Source of the DNA: Phoronis australis
Taxonomy: Eukaryota > Animalia > Phoronida
Length of the DNA stretch: 64,000 bases
Assembly: GCA_002633005.1 (NCBI GenBank)
Contig: NMRA01000863.1
Coordinates: forward strand, 23,600-87,599
Direction of reading: 5' to 3'
Below the pieces are notes generated by a model that was not told the origin of the DNA, searched no databases, and worked only from the letters and a program-made list of their open reading frames with translations. The position numbers and the translations under genes were made by a program. Shown here piece by piece: positions 1 to 12,331 of the stretch; the stretch's first letter is position 1; the number at the start of each line of letters is the position of its first letter.

Positions 1-378
1 AAGTTTCTTTCATTTTTTCCCCAGATTTTTAAATACAGTTTCTTAAAGATATGTTAGGTGGAAGGAATTAAAATCACGCATTTATTTGCCGGCAGGTTGA
101 TAGATTTTGCCCCAGCAACATCAAAATATCACCTTTGAGAATGCTGAGCCAATAGTTCATAAAAGTGGCGGCATAGTAAAGTGTTACGTACAGCTTAAAC
201 CTGAAGGAACTACCGTTTCTATGATGTCAAACATGTCTGAAATAGTGGTGGTAACAACAGATCAAACAGTGACATGTATACGTAAAAATGTGATGCCTAG
301 CTGCGGAAATAGAAGACATTTTGCACTCTGAAAGGACATGATCATTTTGCTCAAACCAAGTCTGTGTTGATAGTTTAA

Positions 379-1215
379 AGGAGCAACAGCCCAAAAGAGC
401 TTGAATGTCGGCCTTTCGGACTAGAAAAACAGGCACTTTCTCTTTCTATTATATTTCAAGGTAAAATAAGAATTAAAATTACAATTTCGTCATTGTTCTT
501 TAGTTCAAAGCACACATAAATACAAAGATTGGACGTTCTATTAATGGACGTGAAGCCAAGTGTCTCATGAGGCACCGTTTTTGTGTCGCAGCTCGCAGGT
601 ACTGTAAGGGAATTAGGTATATTAACCCTTGATACATTGTATTAAAAGCTCATATTGAACGTCGCTGACTTCGACCGTGGCCGTTTTTTCCATACAATCC
701 ACCTTCAATGAAGCTTAGTTCAAATCACTCTGTTAAATCACAATCAAGATGTTTTATCTAAGAACATTGGCGCCCGCTCCACGTGTTTTGTATGTCCGTT
801 AACAGCTGTTCTAATGACCCGGTGACCGCAGCCGACTAGTTCTCGAAAAATGTTTTCACTCAAAGTTCAAGTTAACGCAATTTTTTCATCGTGGAACGAT
901 CCCCAGTTCTTTGAAAAGGAATGCTTTCAACAAAAGAAAAAAATGATTACACTGTTGGTATTTTCACTTTAGATGTAGGTCGAGAGTAAAATATTGCAGT
1001 CGGAAGTCAGTTCTTGGTGGCAAACTAAAAACGGGTATAGTTATGTTTACAAACATTACAATGTTTGCCGATACTTCAGAAATAATCAATTTTGGAAATT
1101 TTTGCACGTCTAAACAAGATTTTGAATCTCAACCTTCTCGTTTCCAAAAAGTAGGCCTACTCTGCATCCACAGCTGTCATGACGTTTCTCAAAATATCGT
1201 TAAGGCTGAACCCCT
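379..1215. mobile_element. Possible non-autonomous Kolobok-like (TTAA-specific) DNA transposon
   Basis: TTAA at 375-378 and 1216-1219. Imperfect inverted ends AGGAGCAACAGCC vs AGGGGTTCAGCC (reverse complement of the right end). Internal 960-1070 recurs, diverged, at ~28020-28110. Confidence 0.35.
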
Positions 1216-1319
1216 TTAAAATCTTTTTGGAACAGCACTCGCTGACCAGTATGGAAAGCCCGATTAAAACATTGAACCATAAATGAGATGATTTTAAAAT
1301 CTTTGAGGACTATGCTGTA

Positions 1320-2585
1320 TTAGCACTTTGCTAAACCTGAAGAAATTCTATTTTACTCGATTCAAAAAAATAAAAAATAGATATCTAGAGAATAAGCTAG
1401 AGAAGGAAATACTGAAGTTAGAACAATGTGTTGATGATAGAACTTTTGAAGATTTAGAAAGGAAAGGGAGTGCTCTTCTAGAGATAGGGTCAGAGAAATT
1501 AAAAGGGTATTACGTCAGATCCAGGGCAACATGGATAGAGGAGGGTTAACGCCCAACAAAATATTTTTGTGGTTTAGAATCGAGACATTTTATAGCAAAC
1601 TTATGTATGAAATAGAATTGGAAAATGGAGAAATAGTTACAAATCAAGAAAAGACACTAGACGTTGCTGCGAATTTTGACGAAAAACTTTATTCTGATAA
1701 CAGTTCTACTGAAAAAAATTAAAATAGAGAACCTTATTGTTTCAAATAAGCTACCCGATAATTTTGCTATGGAGCTTGAGGGACACTTAACACATGATGA
1801 ACTCTGGACTGTATTGAAATATTCAAAAAATGAAAAAAGCCCCGGGTCAGATGGTTTCACAAGTGAATTTGTAAAGTTAAAAGATTTTCAGGAAAGATTT
1901 AGAGTGTTTTGTTTTAAGACACATAAATGAAAGCTATGAAAAAATCGAAATGTCAAACACGCAAAAAACTTGGGTTGTAACTTTAATTCCAGAGCCAGAT
2001 AATGCTAAAAATTCATACAGAACTGTCGACCGATAACTTTGCTCAACAGCGTTTATAAGTTGGCATCCGGATATATTGCTAGACGAACAAAAATTACTTG
2101 GATATATTATTTCCCCGGGTCAGATGGGATTTATAAAAGAGCGATGTCTGGTTTGAGAGTAAATTAATCCAAAACAAATGTCATTTGGTTGGGCAGTAAA
2201 AAAATTTGTAAAGACGTTTCCATCATGTAAGATGGAAGCAGGAATGGGAAATAACGGAATTTAAGATTCTAAGTAACAAGTTCAGTGTCAACATAGGAAA
2301 AATGATTGGTATCAACTACAATGAGAGGATCTGTGAAATCAATAATCTTATAAGAATTTGGTCTAGAAGAAAAATCTCCTCTTTGGGAAAGTTACGCCGG
2401 TTAAGACCTTAATGGTGCCAAAAATTATTCACATAATGACAGCCCTGCCTACTCTATCAGACATTATTATGAATGAATTGAACGCAAGCATTTTTATGTT
2501 TATTTGGAATAACAAAGTTGAGAGTGTGAAGAGAGATGTATTAATTAAAACTGATGAGGAAGAGGGAGTTAAAATGTTATATATA
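1320..2585 (+). pseudogene. Decayed, internally deleted Tx1/L1-like non-LTR retrotransposon ORF2
   Basis: Frameshifted motifs in canonical order: KGYYVRSRATWIEEG, PTKYFCGLE, KNEKSPGSDGFTSEF, RPITLLNSVYKLAS, QMGFIKER joined directly to SGLRVN*SKTNVIWLGS (RT core missing near 2143), then KTLMVPKIIH and FIWNNKVESVKR. Confidence 0.85.
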
Positions 2586-2602
2586 ATTATTTATCACAAG
2601 GC

Positions 2603-3130
2603 TACCGTTTTCGCCCTAATAAGCGCCCAGGGCGCTTAGAAAAATTCGCTTCGGGAATGCGGGCGCTTATTAGAGCCCAAAAGTCTCCAAAACAGGTGAA
2701 ATCGTAAGCTGGCTATCATCGAATTTACGCTCTGTGACTCATCTGTAACCTATGACAGAGTTTCTATAAAATTGCAGTACATTGCTGTCAAACTTTAATG
2801 TTAAATTACGAGCATTTCTCAGGAAATCCCAGTGCGAAATCTCGCCAAGTGATGCGTCCCTGCCTCGTGATCGCCGATAGGTCAACTTGAATTCTTGAGT
2901 AAAAATACCTGAAATCCTCCTTAAGTTTTCCAATTAGCGTCCCTAAGATTTTTAAGTTCCTGTGGAGTGGGGATTAACAGCATCATCCATGCGTTAGATC
3001 GTACTGTGCAACACGAGAAAAATCTCCGGACGACCACACATGTTGTTGTCACGTGACGTTCGTTTTGAAGTTCGACTGCGTATTGTGTGAGTAAGCGAGC
3101 GCGTGCGTATCAAACGAAGAGGGTTCATTT
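2603..3130. repeat. Dispersed repeat / DNA-transposon relic
   Basis: Starts TACCGTTTTCGCCCTAATAAGCGCCC (similar motif near 61633). Segment 2880-3115 matches 62640-62890 in reverse complement. Confidence 0.55.
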
Positions 3131-3517
3131 GCCAGAGTAAACGCGATGTAACGATTCACAGGTGTCCTCAGCTTCTAATCGTCCCCAATACACTACATAT
3201 AATACTACGAGGTACATGTATGACACTCGGGACTAGAAATTCCACGGGTGCTTCGATTCAGCCGTCCATATCAAACACGTAACTCAATAAGTTTACACAA
3301 AACAGGTGTTCAACAAACCATGAGCATTTGTTCTTTCACGGTGTCCTGCTCCAGCGAGTTCGAAAGAATTCGCACACTCCCGACCCCTAAACAAACTCCC
3401 CGCTTTTAACAGGATGTTGTCAGGCAAAAGTTATCCCTTTAAGGCGCCTTGTTGTAATATTGCAGCAAAACTTTTGATAACAAAATACACTGTATTTCAG
3501 AAATAGCAACCAAGTCA

Positions 3518-4193
3518 CCGGGTCTGTACCACTCTGTTCCTCGATCCCTATAATTCCCCGTCCCTATGCAACTCAAACGATGCGCCCTCGTCACTTTGTT
3601 CCGCCGGCAATGTATTGGGCCACCGTTGTTCCTCGGCCCTATAACAATACAGTGTATTTTCTATCAGACGACAATTTTATTTTGTTAAATAACTTATATA
3701 ATGTCATACTCTATTTTACACCTAGTCAATAAATAAGTGCTTTGACCTCTTTTACATGAAATTGTTTTTGTTCTTCAGAGTAACTGCTCAGAATTGCTAG
3801 GGAATATTTATCAACGGCACTTTCATGGAGCTCTTTTCAATTTGGCTTCACTCAGTCGTTTTAACAATCGCTATTGGAAGTGAACTACTGAAGATGATAT
3901 GAGCTGTCATCTTTAAGTGATTGCTTTGGCTTGATATTCCATAACCAAACCACCATGCACCGACATCGTTCTCCCAAGGTAATTTTTTTCTGTTTTGGCA
4001 AACATGTCTGTACGTGCACCTGAGACGCTCCTAATTATCGCCCTTGATATGTAGAAATTTATTTAAAAAGTAGGGGGAACATCGGGAATCGGAAATATAC
4101 GACCAGGTAGCATCGGGATGTGGGGTCATGGTAACTGAGGAACATCGGTTACTGAACATAGGGAACGTAAGGACATGAGAACAGCGGACCGGC
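3518..4193. mobile_element. Decayed MITE/foldback-like element
   Basis: GTTCCTCG/CCCTAT sub-repeats on the left are mirrored by GAGGAAC/ATAGGG sub-repeats on the right; ends CCGG..CCGG. Confidence 0.4.
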
Positions 4194-6042
4194 CTCTAGT
4201 TGCCGGCTCAGGACGTTCCAACACTTCAACTACCCGGTCATGTAGATACGAGTACAAGAGTTTTGTTACTCATGGGAAAATGTTTTGGAATTTGGCTCAC
4301 GGAAATACACGAGGAAATCAGATTACATTTTGAGCACGGGGGTCGAATTGATGATAATCAACTCGTGCAGTTATATAAAAGAAAAAAGAAAACGCCGTAG
4401 TAAATATTGCGTTGCTATATTCGGTGTGTAATTTCATATTCTTTAATCATACATGTATGAACAGGAAAGGGAATAATTTATTTACTAGAACACGCTTCCC
4501 ATGCACAAACTCCGCAACGAGTTTTTGTTCAAAAACTGTATTTCGTTTGCATTACCCTGGTAGTTCAGAGCTAACTATCTTCGCGTTGCTTCAATCTCTT
4601 AGAAAAGCCCAGGAGGAAACCTTGTCGGCCACGGTTTTAGCCTCTGTCGCTAAAGACAGCATTTTTTCAGTGGCAGAAAAACGTGTGCTAAATATGTCGT
4701 AAATTAGTTGATTGGGACTCTTCACCTACTTTCTTTTGTAACCTTAAATTTGAAGTTGAATGAAATTTTGGTTTTGTTAAGTCACTTTGATTTTGCAATG
4801 GCACTTCGTGGATAAACTGGGACAACTCTTCTGCTCACAAGGTTGTGTTTGGAACTCCTAATGTGGTAAACATTGTAATTAATTCTGTCTTTACTGATAA
4901 GTTTATCAATACAACAATAGAAAAATCATCAATTGGAGAACACTTTGGGGTACCAAAACTGGGTTGAATAATGAATCGTTTAATATAATTAACTCCGTTA
5001 ACGTATGAAATCATTGCCATTTGGTATCAGGCAGCGGTACATTTTTCAAAGCTCTTTCCACATGACAAACTTTCTTCTCGCTCTTTTACAAACCTGCTTT
5101 CGTAGACCCAACAGCTGAAAAAGCCCACAGAACCTTAATAAAGGCCAAAATGGTAACAATTCGAGTAAAACTGGACTACAGAGATGGCGCTTCTTGCCTC
5201 TTGCTTCCGTACTTTTGTTGGCGTTTGCGTACTTCTCATACGTTTGGATTTTCAGTTGTGACGAAGATTTTAGTTTACTCTCTCAGCAATCATTTTTGGA
5301 CAAAGTTTGATCATCATACTCAAATGGTAAATGTTTTCCGTTGGATTTCGAGAATGTCCTGACAGCCATTGACACTTCGGGACGTAGACAAAATAGCAAA
5401 TACTGAAGAGTTTAATTTTCAGTCGGGATGCTCAGAAGGACCGCCGTAATATAGATACACACCATGATAAGCCATATTTTCAAAGAGTTTGATAACCAAC
5501 GGTCAAACCTTGGGAACCCCTGACATCACATCCTACTTGACTCAGGCACGAATTGACACCAATTGGCTACGCGTTGCAATTACATAGCACATGAACGCGA
5601 TTTGATGTCCCATGTCGTTAAGAGCTATGTTTTGTGACGGGTTCGTAGCCGCTTAAACTAACTTGAAGGCATTTGGACGTTGTTGAAGAGGTCAAAAACG
5701 CGATTAACAGACTAAATTGCAACATTGAAAGTAGTTCTCTGTCACTGAAACACATGTCAATCTATACACCAGGTATTTCAAAAGTTTGTTCCTAAACATT
5801 TTACTTGTGTTGATATCAAAGCATTTTCTTTTAGTTTCACATTTCAGAAAAGTGATCTGTCATCTGCTCGTCATTTCGTCGATTTTTCTCTAACAAGGCA
5901 AAGCACGTCTCCTTATTGGTATGGCAAGACATGGACGTACATATGTAACACATTTCCCTTATTTAGAAAATGTGACCTTTGACCTCAAGGGACTTCAAAC
6001 AACTGGCTGTGAGTGCATTCGTATAGATTTTTACACAGCCAA

Positions 6043-6340
6043 GTCGTATCCCCCGAATTCTAGAGGCCGAGTGGATTTTGGACGCCCTCGGGCAATAATT
6101 CTTCAAAATCAACGACGGCTCTAGATAAGGGGATAACGACGGCGAACATGTAATGATCTATTTATAGCACATACCTAACGAGAAATAATGCAATGAATCG
6201 ATCTACCTTTCTCGACTCGCCTCGGCTCTTGTTACTAAAATATCATTTTTTTAGAAATTATGTGTCTTATTTTTCATAGGGTATAAATATCGGCACAATG
6301 CCCTTTGTTGAACATGCGATTATAGCGCGTGTTCATTTAA
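6043..6340. repeat. Dispersed repeat with ~100-bp hairpin; left part of the target of the 6341-8001 insertion
   Basis: GTCGTATCCCC..TCTAGAG..GATTTTG is mirrored by CAAAATC..CTCTAGA..GGGGATAACGAC (6043-6140). An uninterrupted homolog lies at ~62160-62615. Confidence 0.6.
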
Positions 6341-8001
6341 AGGAGAATGCTACCCAAAAAACAACCTATTTTGTATCAGTTTAGATCGATTAGTCCCCCC
6401 CCCCCACCCGATAACAACAAGTTCAGTTGCTTTACCTTACACCTGGCGGCAGACGGAGGTGTTGAAATTAATCAATGACATATTTGTTTCGAACGCTGTC
6501 TGTTCAGCAGTTCACAACACGCTTACTGGTGTCAACTTATCCCTTGTATGCATCGTTTTACACCTATAAATCATCAAAATTTCGATGTGAAACAATTACA
6601 AATACATCGAGTTCTTGAAAAAACGTGTTGTTTTATTTCACTGTTACGGATTTATAGGTATTTGAACGTACGGTAGCCTACATAGTTCAGTCAAGGTTTA
6701 GGCAAATTTATAATGGTCGATCGCTGGGTCTGTTTGTGAAAAATTCGAATCATTATTCCGTGAAATACAGACATAAAATGTAGCTGTGTGTTATAATTTC
6801 AGACTTGCGATTTTTTCAGTTCTAAACACACAAAACGTTTATTATCCCAGCCAGTGTCTCGGAACCCGATCAGGCCCGTCGCGGCCTCCGGGACTGGACA
6901 TTTTCGAACATAATCCAGCTTAAGCTGAAAACTAAACATCCAGCCACAAAACAACTATACTAGCGAGCCAAAAAAATAATGTGCACTTATTTATTTTGGT
7001 GATTTAGCCACGAAACTGAAAATCTACTTACTAGTATGGGGCCGCGAAGTCAAGTTGCCCTAAATTACAGAGCCGTCAGGGCAAAAGTTGTACAGTAAGA
7101 ATAATGTGAACAATGTATTTGTAAATCTAAATAAAGATTTCCCTAACATGTGACCATAGCATATAAAATCGATTTATTGTTTCACAACAGCTTTCTGTCA
7201 GTAAACACTGAATTGGCATGCGCTCACACAGCCTATGTGCCCGGTCAATTACCTTTATTGCATCGGAAGCCAGTTGAGTAACGCAGTGGTTTATTTATTG
7301 CTGGCTTCTCAAAATATTTGTACTGACGAATACTCCAAAGGCATTACAAATTGTATCTAATGAGACACATTTTGTTTCAGTTTTATATAAGCATTGGTTA
7401 GGGTGAGAATAATTCATTTCGCAACAGAACGCAGAATAATTAACGTCAATATGGCAAGTCGCAATACCGACTTCGACGAGAGCTCATCCGACGAAGACTT
7501 CACAGGTCGTTCGTTAAGTTTCACAGGCTATAAGTTCGAACAGGAACACAATGATCAAGAAATACTAGAGAAGTGCCGTGAATATACAAAGGCAACGCAA
7601 CGTATGGATAGTTCTTTGGTAAGCCGGCATTTATCAGACTCACTCGGCTGTCGAGGACTGTGCCCAGACAAGGAGATGTTTCACGGCCTCATACTTGCTA
7701 ATAACAGCGTACTTTTCATTTTTCACTACCGCAAGCCACTTCCTAAGCATTTGGGATTGTCGAGGAAAAAAGGATATACCCGCTTTCCTCGCAGCTACAT
7801 AGTTCGTACAAAACAATGCATGGCAACGTAGCGGCATTCACCCTGCATATGAACCACTGACGTCGTTGCGTCGTTTCTCACCATCCTCACAGCTTAATGC
7901 GACACAATTCGGCAAGGTAAGATCGACCGTATGCGAGGAGATGTGGGTATTGACCGATTAAGACTTTAAAAAAGAGTAATTAAATCAGGTGGCATTCACC
8001 T
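6341..8001. mobile_element. Non-autonomous Kolobok-like DNA transposon with THAP and KolX-like remnants
   Basis: TTAA TSD at 6337-6340 and 8002-8005. TIR AGGAGAATGCTACC / GGTGGCATTCACCT (12/14). The two flanks are nearly contiguous in the homolog at ~62420-62600. Minus-strand THAP-like remnant 7640-7837 (CHALFCTN..GISFFP..RKWL) converges on a plus-strand acidic ORF start (MAS..DESSSDEDF..GYKFEQE). Confidence 0.8.
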
Positions 8002-8037
8002 TTAAGTATTTTATTTTCACGTTCGATGACGTCAGTT

Positions 8038-8105
8038 TCTGAGTGGTGTAGTGGTAAAGTTGACTACTCGAAACTCTTGTGAACTGGGTTCGAAACCGGC
8101 CTCAG
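8038..8105 (+). repeat. tRNA-derived (SINE-like) segment, not a functional tRNA
   Basis: A-box-like TGGTGTAGTGG, B-box-like GGTTCGAAAC, CTGAG/CTCAG ends. Anticodon arm is degenerate; a truncated copy lies at ~62570-62610. Confidence 0.5.
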
Positions 8106-8865
8106 TTCCCGCCAAAATGTTTTCTCACTAGTAAGATAACTAAATGGGTTGTTACGCTGTTGTGTTTGCCATTTGAGCCTAATATTGTGGTATAAGGGCA
8201 TTTATCATAAGTCTGAGGGAGGATAGAAACTTTGTGGTAACCACAGCGTTTTTCTTTACGCGTATTTTAAAAATCGTGAGTTATGTGATTTTATCTTGCA
8301 ATTTCCTCACAGTGAAAATGAACTGCTCTGTACTAGAGGTTCTGAGATGGTACTTTCGTCAGAAATCGTTTAAGACATATTATGACGTAAATTCCCTTTG
8401 CATGCCTGTGTTGGATTCTTAATTGATGCGCTTTTTGTTCAAAGCATTGCCACTCTCAAATGAGCTTGGGTTGTTGCTGAATGAACTTGCAACTCAGGTC
8501 GCATGTACGCAACTTAATGTATACTATTGATTTCGTAATATTTGGAAACACCAATCAATTGTAAAGTGTTTGCTTGGGCTGCTGATCACTTCTGAAGTTC
8601 ATGGTAAAGGTAACGAATATCGTGACATCGATTTTTAATGAACCATGGAGTAAAAAGTGTAAGTGTATTACCGTTTTAGCCAAATGAAGATGGTGGATGG
8701 TGTTAAAAGTGTCAACATGGAGGAACTGCTGGAACCCCCAGGTGATATTTTCCGTCCCCCTTTAAATTAAAATAGCACAGGTGTCGTGAAACAGCTAATG
8801 TCAAGTCGGTATTGGGTTTGAGATAACAGCGACATCTATAGTGCAGGGTAGTAAGTTTTTAAACA

Positions 8866-9101
8866 TGTAATCAAAGCATAAAATAAGACATGAACTGATG
8901 CCTTGGGAACTCGGATCACGGCAATAGACGAGGTAAGCCGACTAGTACATGTAATCTATCGAACACTCGTGCAGTTAGATAACAGACTGAAATAGAACAC
9001 GTAGCACGCATCATGTCGATTTATTCGGTATTTTCACATGTTTCAATTATATAGACCATAATAAAGTTGGCACGGGCTTGCGCAAATCCATTTTGATTAC
9101 A
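8866..9101 (-). mobile_element. Putative 3' LTR of a decayed LTR retroelement
   Basis: TGTAATCAAA...TTTGATTACA (perfect 10-bp inverted termini, TG..CA). Adjacent TCTCCCTCCTC at 9102-9112 reads as a polypurine tract on the minus strand; minus-strand AATAAA near 9020. No second LTR or pol found. Confidence 0.6.
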
Positions 9102-9979
9102 TCTCCCTCCTCGTCGCCAGATGACCTTCGGTTAGGGAAGGACATGTCAGAGGCCTTGACGTCAGCAGTGAAGACACTGGAAAAAACAGTTAACGATCTG
9201 AGCAGCAACAATTAATAAAGTTGAATAAAAACTTGAACGTGGGGAACTGTGAGCATCAATAACCACGATCTCAACGTCTATTATATCAACGTACACTATA
9301 CGATTAAGTATTAAAACTGTATGCGGAGTTAGTCAATAAAAGTACGAATCAGTATAGCTTACATGAAATAATTTAATAATTAAAGATAATTTGTATAACT
9401 GTAATAACTGCGAAGCGATACCGTAGCTAGGTAACAGTGAAACAACACCTGAGGATTAGATAGCATATCATGTATATTATGAAAAACTATACTACTTCAG
9501 ATATGGATAATTACAAAATTTATACATGTATAATATGTTGAGCTGTACAGGTGGGTGACAATCTGACACAGATGCAGCAGAAGGATGCATCCGCCCTCCC
9601 GAGAGAGAGCGTGTGAGACTTACAAAAAATAGCATGAGTAAAAGGGAGTACATATACTGCCGAAAATAAGAATAAGAACAGAATAACATGACACTAAATA
9701 TATGTTAATCATCGTAACAAGGTGTCGAAATGAGAGTAACTGAAATCTAAGAGGAAAATCAAGCTAACATATGGATTGATAACAACCAAGGAATATACAT
9801 AAGGTACTCGGTAAGGTACATAGCAGACGTAATGTATGCTGCATACGCAGGTATATGTAAACAGTAATAGTGACACGTATAGACAGAAATTCATACAGAT
9901 AATGAACCTAGAACGGGAATAATGTCTGAATCTTTGGTAGGGACCTACTAATCGATAAATAGGAAGCTGTAGTTTAACT

Positions 9980-11230
9980 AATTGCAGCGCCACCTACAAT
10001 ACTTTTTCTATTACTCTTATAAATACTGGATATAGAAGGCGCTAAACCATTGTAGTGCAAAGAAAGATGAAATGGTGACTTCATTCATAGGTAAATGATG
10101 TTTCAGAAGTCAGTGTTAAGTTCCCAGCAAATTCGTATATTTCAAGCTACCTCTGTTACACAAACAGAAGATAAAGGTTCACAATTTTAGAGACACAAAA
10201 CAAGCACTAGTTCAGCAGTTCCCACTATAATCGATGTGCCACCTCCGGGAAGTCAATAAATAACGGCTAGATGAAATTATGATGATCAAGTAGAAAATGC
10301 AAGTCAATTGACAATTTCTTTAACTAATAGCTGCACCACCTGTAGGCAGGTAGATGACGTAGAACTTATCAACTGGCTCAAAATTTTAGAGTCTCCAAAC
10401 ACGAATTTCAACTAATTCAACTATTCCCACTCTTCACTGTGCCATCTGTAGGCAGGTAGATAAAATCATAACCAACAGGCTTACAATTTTAGAGACACCA
10501 AACACGCATTTCAACTAATTCAACTATTGAAACTAATCGCTGCGCCACTTGCAGGGACAGACTCATAGTGATGACAAACATGCAGTCAGCAACAGGGCCA
10601 CAACTTGAGAGACACAGAACACAAACTTCAATTAATTTGACTATTCCCATTAATCGCTACGTCACCAGCAGGCAGACTAATGAAGTACATGACGTCAGCA
10701 AAAGGCTCACCAGATCACAAGTTGAGAGACACAAAACAAGCAGTTCAACTAATTCAGCTATTCCACTAAAAGATGACGCCACCTGTGGGCTGGTAGGTAA
10801 GATATATGGCGCCATCAATAAGCTCCCACTTTTAGAGACACCAAACACGCATGTCAACTTATTCAACTATTCCCAAAAATCGCTGCACCACCTGCAGGCA
10901 AGGCAGTGACCCCGGTCTTTCTTTCTCACAATGCCAATAATACCTCAGATAGCGCTACAATTGGTAGAATTACTTGAATTAGTGGAATAGCACAGTGCTG
11001 AATAGGTTCGGAGATGACTTGGGATTCAGATTAGTTGGGTTCAACTAATTCAACTATTTCTAATCGATGCGCCACATCATGTGCACAATTTGATAACTTA
11101 CATGACGTCATCCACAAGCTCATAATGTTAGAGACACCAATAACGCATTTCAACTAATTCATCTATTCCCACTAATGGCTGCGCCATCTGACGGGGCAGT
11201 TTGAAAACAAGCATGATGTCAGCAACAGGC
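9980..11230. repeat. Diverged tandem array of ~110-120-bp units (~9 full or partial) next to the LTR
   Basis: Recurrent core TTAGAGACACCAAACACGCATTTCAACTAATTCAACTATTCCCACTAATCGCTGCGCCACCTGYAGG; CATGACGTCA-like motif in several linkers. Confidence 0.85.
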
Positions 11231-11389
11231 TTGCATCAGTGCCGGGTAATGGCAGGATAAGTTGAGATAAGTTGGGATTAGCGGGGTACAACTAAACATT
11301 CTAGCATGTACGAAGGCATGGGGTAAAGCAACAAGAATCAGGACTGGAAAGATTGCCCGGGAGGTAGGAGCCCGAAAACGGAGAGTCAT

Positions 11390-11682
11390 TGACACTGGCA
11401 ACTAATATAGGCGCCCTAGTTTAAAAAATAGTGAGTGAAAAGGACACTGGCAATACAGTTCAAAAGAAAATAACGGGGAGCGACGGAAGACAATGCCAAC
11501 ACAGCAGCCCCCGAGATGAAGATGAGTAGTGAACGAGAAACTGGCAATACAGTTGCCCCAATATACATGTATGATGAAAGGGGTTGGTGAGTGAGACGGC
11601 ACTGGCAATGGAGTTGACCCGATGTGGAGAAAAGTCGTCATGAGGTTGAGAACTGGCAATACGTGTGTGCATTGGCAACGAA
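11390..11682. repeat. Degenerate minisatellite with ACTGGCAAT core
   Basis: ACTGGCAA(T)-like core at ~11394, 11445, 11540, 11602, 11653 and 11671, with GTGAGTGA/GTTG-like flanks. Confidence 0.55.
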
Positions 11683-11894
11683 AGAGTCTGGTAATGAGTG
11701 AGTGGGATTGTTAGTAGCGGTAAAGTGTAAAAAATACAATTTTAGGCGGTCTGATGCACGCTGTACCAGACGTGCACAGGCCGCGCATGTGGGCCCATTG
11801 CACTAATCACCTGGAACGATTTTTAAGCTTTATTAATATGTAGTTCAAACCGATCTGAGGAGCTAGAAACCTGGTTCAAGGGTTTAGCAGTGTA

Positions 11895-11965
11895 TCATTG
11901 TGGGACTCGAACCCACCACCTCGAGTAAAGAAAGCGGGCACTTATCAATCAGGCCGCACTGCCTC
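11895..11965 (-). repeat. tRNA-derived SINE-like fragment
   Basis: GGGACTCGAACC is a B-box (GGTTCGAGTCCC) on the minus strand; no complete cloverleaf. Confidence 0.35.
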
Positions 11966-12272
11966 CTGGTGGGAAGTGTAAGGATGGGAGACGAATGGTA
12001 GTTCATGAGCCCGTCGTGCTTCTAGCCACCCATACGCTGAATGGTGGAGTCGGGAATTTGGAGGATAGCAACAGAGAGGTGGCTGTGCCAATTCGGAAAC
12101 TATGAGATTTGTAGCGTTTAGGATTGAGACCAACGCACCCGAGAACCAAGTTAAGGTGGCGAGTAAAGTAAGAGCGAATTAAGTTGGAACTGGAAGTTAG
12201 GAGTCAGCGAAGAAGGAATTACAACTTTATTGTAAAGTGAGGGTACATTGCTGGATCAACATAATCACTCAC

Positions 12273-12331
12273 GAAGCTGACGAGAGCATCACGCCGACGA
12301 TCACAAGGGCAATGATATATACTGGCTTCAT
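12273..12331 (-). CDS. Signal-peptide exon of secreted-protein gene, paralog 1 (MKPVYIIALVIVGVMLSSAS); partial CDS
   Basis: Exon 12273-12366 is bounded by acceptor TTTTGCAG and donor GTGAGT (phase 2). ATG at 12331-12329, basic-then-hydrophobic signal sequence. Homologous exon at 25273-25363 differs by an in-frame 3-nt indel. Confidence 0.75.

Noticed and set aside
227-337. Cys/His-rich minus-strand ORF after a TTTCAG acceptor, as the mature exon of paralog 1
   Set aside because: The Cys-rich frame needs phase 1 but the signal exon ends in phase 2 (giving only VQNVFYFRS*); no homolog near paralog 2.
8038-8105. Functional tRNA gene
   Set aside because: Stems are degenerate, there is no clean anticodon arm, and it sits in a dispersed repeat with a truncated second copy.
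10568-10909. 113-aa repetitive ORF
   Set aside because: Translation of the tandem array; neighbouring units do not keep the frame.
9980-11682. CRISPR-like repeat/spacer appearance
   Set aside because: The 'spacers' are homologous to each other, the repeats are long and degenerate, no cas genes are present, and the context is eukaryotic.
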